This document shows positions 18,541-21,480 of a stretch of DNA of 21,480 nt, in pieces. This DNA is from Myxococcota bacterium (GTDB lineage Bacteria > Myxococcota_A > UBA9042 > PHBI01 > JAWLBL01). Under the pieces are notes generated by a model. The model was not told the DNA's origin. It worked only from the letters and a program-made list of their open reading frames with translations, and did no database searches. The position numbers and the translations under genes were made by a program. The DNA lies in assembly GCA_041687695.1 (NCBI GenBank), contig JAWLBL010000031.1, positions 1 through 21,480 on the forward strand, in the 5' to 3' direction. Every line of letters begins with the position of its first letter. The stretch's first letter is position 1.

Positions 18541-19277
18541 CGCTGCCCTCCCAGAGCCTCGAGCTTCCGTCGCACGTATTGTGCGCCGATCGGCGCAAAG
18601 GCCGGCAGAGTTCCCCTAGCGTCCGGTTCGGTGAACGCAACGAGCAGGGATCCGAGGAGGCTCTTCTGCCTGCGAACGTCCTTCTGCTTGGCTATCTCTC
18701 GCGAGATCCGAACCTGGACCTCTCGACGCCGTTCAGCCAGGTGCTGAGCGTTGAGATTCAGGACCTCGATGGCTGCTCGTCCACCGGCGTCCGCAGATTC
18801 GATGAGCAGCAGTCGACTACTCGTACCGGCCCTCCGATAGGTGAAGAGCGCCGCCACGTCGGGCGGGAAACGGCACGGGTGTACCGGGCTCAAGGTCGCC
18901 TTCTTCGCACGGTCACAGGTCTCGTCCCAGTGGCCTGGCCGACCATAGTAGCCGACGCACGCACCGAGCAGGTTGGACCACTCGTACATGTCTTCGGCAT
19001 AGTCCTCGCGCGGCAGGAAGTGCTCGATGCGCGTCCCGCCGTTCCCCTGCGGCGCCGGGTAGTCCAAGGGGCCATGCGGCGAGATGGTCTGCATGCAATA
19101 GGCGCACAGGCCTCGTTGCTCGGCGACCAACGCTGCCCTCATGGGGCCGGCGCAACCAGACGGGTTCCAGTCCCGATTCTCCGGCTTGCGCCCACCTTGT
19201 TCGGCACAGATGCGTGCGAGTTCCTGACGCCGACCCTCCAGGCAGGGCGGCTCCCCTCGCTTCTCAATCCGCCGCAC
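18537..19277 (-). CDS. ptuB: HNH endonuclease, Septu PtuB / retron-associated HNH (TIGR02646-like) (246 aa)
   Basis: LVAEQRGLCAYCMQTI, IEHFLPR, WSNLLGAC, CDRAKK and IEVLNLN motifs. GGAGG upstream of GTG 19277; overlaps the ATPase stop by 14 nt. Confidence 0.8.
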   Translation of the reverse strand: MRRIEKRGEPPCLEGRRQELARICAEQGGRKPENRDWNPSGCAGPMRAALVAEQRGLCAYCMQTISPHGPLDYPAPQGNGGTRIEHFLPREDYAEDMYEWSNLLGACVGYYGRPGHWDETCDRAKKATLSPVHPCRFPPDVAALFTYRRAGTSSRLLLIESADAGGRAAIEVLNLNAQHLAERRREVQVRISREIAKQKDVRRQKSLLGSLLVAFTEPDARGTLPAFAPIGAQYVRRKLEALGGQR

Positions 19278-20613
19278 CGCCAACCTCCAAGGTGCGAAGC
19301 TCCCACATGAGCGGCTCGAGCTCAGGGTCATCTTCCGGCAAGGTCTCGCGAAGTTTATCAACCAGGGCTCGCGCCTCCGTGGCCTTCCCCTCATCGATCA
19401 GGATGCCAAGCCGATTGAGTCGCTCGACGACCTCGACAGGTCGCTCTGGAACTCCCATCAGCTTCTTCAGGATGTAGTTGCTATCCAGCCCTTCAGCGGC
19501 CCCTACGGCATGAACGCGTCCCTGGTCGTCCAGGAATCTGACTTGCTCGGCCGGGACGCTGGCGATGACCTGCGGCGAGTGGGTCGTCACGACGAACTGC
19601 AGGTTCGGGAACGCTTCGGTCAGCCGAGGCAGAACCGTCCGTTGCCAGCCCGGATGCAGGTGCAGCTCGACCTCGTCGATGAGCACGATGCCGCGCGCCA
19701 GCACAGGTGCCTCGTTGCGTTGGTGAGGGTTCAGCCGAACGGCCCGCCAAGCGATGTCCGCGGCGAGGGCGACCAGGCTGCGGAAGCCGTCGGACAGCAG
19801 GTCGAATGGCACGCGACGTTGATCATGAAAGGTGACACGCAGCTGTTGGTAGGCCGCGTCGTAGGTAAGCCGATACGCTCCCTCGATGAGCGCGACGGCT
19901 GCATCCTCCACCGCAGCCAGATGATCGGGTCGCAAAAGATCGTCAGGGCCATGTACGGCGCGCCGTCCATCCGCGAAGGTCTCGGCGATCCGCTGGATCC
20001 GGGCGAACTCCTGAAGTCGCATCCATGCAGAGAAGAGCTTGTGGTTCGACTCGGGATCCAGGCAGTCCTGATAGCCCTCGGTGCGCGAGCCCAGCCCCTC
20101 CTCCTTCTTCGCGCTCGCCCGCTTTTGAGACCACAGCCGGCCCGCTCCGTAGTAGGCGATGACCGGCAGGTCGACGGGCGCCCTGCCGTTCGGGCGCTTC
20201 ACGCGGTCTTGATAGGCCTCGGCCAGCGCGCGCAGCTCGGCCATCTCCGTCGTGGTCGTGTTCCCCTTCGCGGTCCGCAGGTCGCGCGCCCACTGGATGG
20301 CCCGCTCCACGGCCGCGTCGTCCGGGTCCCCGACGCTCCCCCACGCCTCGACGCGAACGGGGAACACCGGCTCGACGTTCGCTTGCTGGCCCTCGTGGAT
20401 GAAGTCCCGCCGCGCCTCGTCTCGCCGAATCCCCCGCGGAGGCGGGATGTCGAACCCCACGAACCACGCGCCCGCCGCGACCGCCAGGCCCTCCAGCACG
20501 CTCGACTTGCCCGACCCGTTCACGCCGGCCAGCACGGTGCAGCGCTCGTGCAGTTCGATCTCGAACCGCTCGAAGCACCGGAAGTTCGCGAGGCGAAGCT
20601 TATCGATTCTCAT
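19264..20613 (-). CDS. ptuA: ABC/AAA-family ATPase, Septu PtuA-like (449 aa)
   Basis: MRIDKLRLANFRCF start; Walker A GVNGSGKS; YYGAGR; signature LSDG; Walker B/D-loop LIDEVELHLHP; H-loop TTHSP. GGAGG upstream of ATG 20613; paired with the downstream HNH. Confidence 0.85.
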   Translation of the reverse strand: MRIDKLRLANFRCFERFEIELHERCTVLAGVNGSGKSSVLEGLAVAAGAWFVGFDIPPPRGIRRDEARRDFIHEGQQANVEPVFPVRVEAWGSVGDPDDAAVERAIQWARDLRTAKGNTTTTEMAELRALAEAYQDRVKRPNGRAPVDLPVIAYYGAGRLWSQKRASAKKEEGLGSRTEGYQDCLDPESNHKLFSAWMRLQEFARIQRIAETFADGRRAVHGPDDLLRPDHLAAVEDAAVALIEGAYRLTYDAAYQQLRVTFHDQRRVPFDLLSDGFRSLVALAADIAWRAVRLNPHQRNEAPVLARGIVLIDEVELHLHPGWQRTVLPRLTEAFPNLQFVVTTHSPQVIASVPAEQVRFLDDQGRVHAVGAAEGLDSNYILKKLMGVPERPVEVVERLNRLGILIDEGKATEARALVDKLRETLPEDDPELEPLMWELRTLEVGGAAD

Positions 20614-20691
20614 GAGTCCTCCGTCGGGCGACTTCTCGCGGTCGGCCGGAGTCCCGAAGTCGCTGCAGGACGGCAACGCTCTCGTGGACGT

Positions 20692-21480
20692 CCGGAGTGC
20701 TTCACCTTGGTGAAGCCCCAGCGCGGCGCAGCTTGCTGCGCCGCGCTGGGCGGCCGACTCCCGGCGGCAAGCCGCCGGCCTTGGGGCTCCAGCAAGCTGG
20801 AGCACTCCGGTCGAGCCCCCTCGGCCTCCGTCGGCCTCCCCGCTGGAGTGCTTCACCTTGGTGAAGCCCCAGTGCGGCGCAGCTTGCTGCGCCGGATGGG
20901 CGGCCGACTCCCGGCGGCAAGCCGCCGGCCTTGGGACTCCAGCAAGCTGGAGCACTCCGGTCGAGCCCACTCGACCTTCGTCGGCCTCCCCGCTGGAGTG
21001 CTTCACCTTGGTGAAGCCCCAACGCGGCGCAGCTTGCTGCGCCGGATGGACGGCCGACTCCCGGCGGCAAGCCGCCGGCCTTGGGGCTCCAGCAAGCTGG
21101 AGCACTCCGGTCGAGCCCCCTCGGCCTTCGTCGGCCTCCCCGCTGGAGTGCTTCACCTTGGTGAAGCCCCAGCGCGGCGCAGCTTGCTGCGCCGGATGGG
21201 CGGCCAAGCCCCGGCGGCAAGCCGCCGGCCTTGGGGCTCCAGCAAGCTGGAGCACTCCGGTCGAGCCCCCTCGGCCTTCGTCGGCCTCACCGCTGGAGTG
21301 CTTCACCTTGGTGAAGCCCCAACGCGGCGCAGCTTGCTGCGCCGGATGGGCGGCCAAGCCCCGGCGGCAAGCCGCCGGCCATGGGGCTCCAGCAAGCTGG
21401 AGCACTCCGGTCGAGCCCCCTCGGCCTTCGTCGGCCTCCCCGCTGGAGTGCTTCACCTTGGTGAAGCCCCAGCGCGGCGC
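20692..21480. repeat. Tandem array of 150-bp REP/BIME-like units, each with four short palindromes; 5 full units plus a partial sixth, continuing to the window edge
   Basis: CTTCACCTTGGTGAAG recurs at 20700, 20851, 21001, 21151, 21301 and 21451; units differ at only a few positions. Each unit has four 8-9-bp inverted repeats with TT/AA centres. Confidence 0.9.

Noticed and set aside
18494..18640. N-terminal extension of the AlbA_2 ORF to 18640
   Set aside because: It overlaps the HNH gene and the hsdR stub. GTG 18493 has a Shine-Dalgarno and a coupling overlap.
18537..20613. Complete retron system
   Set aside because: No reverse transcriptase and no recognisable msr-msd with a1/a2 arms in the window. 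It cannot be excluded beyond 21480.
19264..21456. 730-aa ATPase with N-terminal 50-aa repeats (ORF track)
   Set aside because: The extension is read-through of the stop-free GC-rich array and changes peptide frame at the 151-bp unit. The ATPase fold starts at MRIDKL (20613) behind a clear GGAGG.
20692..21480. CRISPR array
   Set aside because: The sequence between the palindromes is near-identical in each unit, so there are no unique spacers. The period is 150 bp and no cas genes are present.

Overview
High-GC bacterial DNA; the Cys-rich lipoprotein and general gene style suggest Myxococcota or a related deltaproteobacterial lineage (inference only). Left half: a + strand operon of four exported/envelope proteins (112-5054), three - strand genes (SRPBCC protein, Zn-ribbon membrane protein, ~1100-aa helical-repeat protein) and a divergent SEC-C motif protein. 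Right half (11716-21480, - strand) is a defence island. In transcription order it contains: a 150-bp tandem array of REP-like four-hairpin units (5 full units plus a partial one, cut by the window end); a PtuA-like ABC ATPase; a PtuB-like HNH nuclease; a 16-codon copy of the hsdR 5' end; a Schlafen/AlbA_2-HATPase-wHTH protein with an 8x21-bp VNTR; and a type I restriction HsdR fused to a LexA-like S24 peptidase domain. These ORFs all overlap end to start. Next comes a DUF4160/DUF2442-Xre toxin-antitoxin-like pair with its own candidate promoter and operator. No hsdM, hsdS, reverse transcriptase or RAYT transposase is visible in the window. All family calls come from motif recognition by eye, not database searches.
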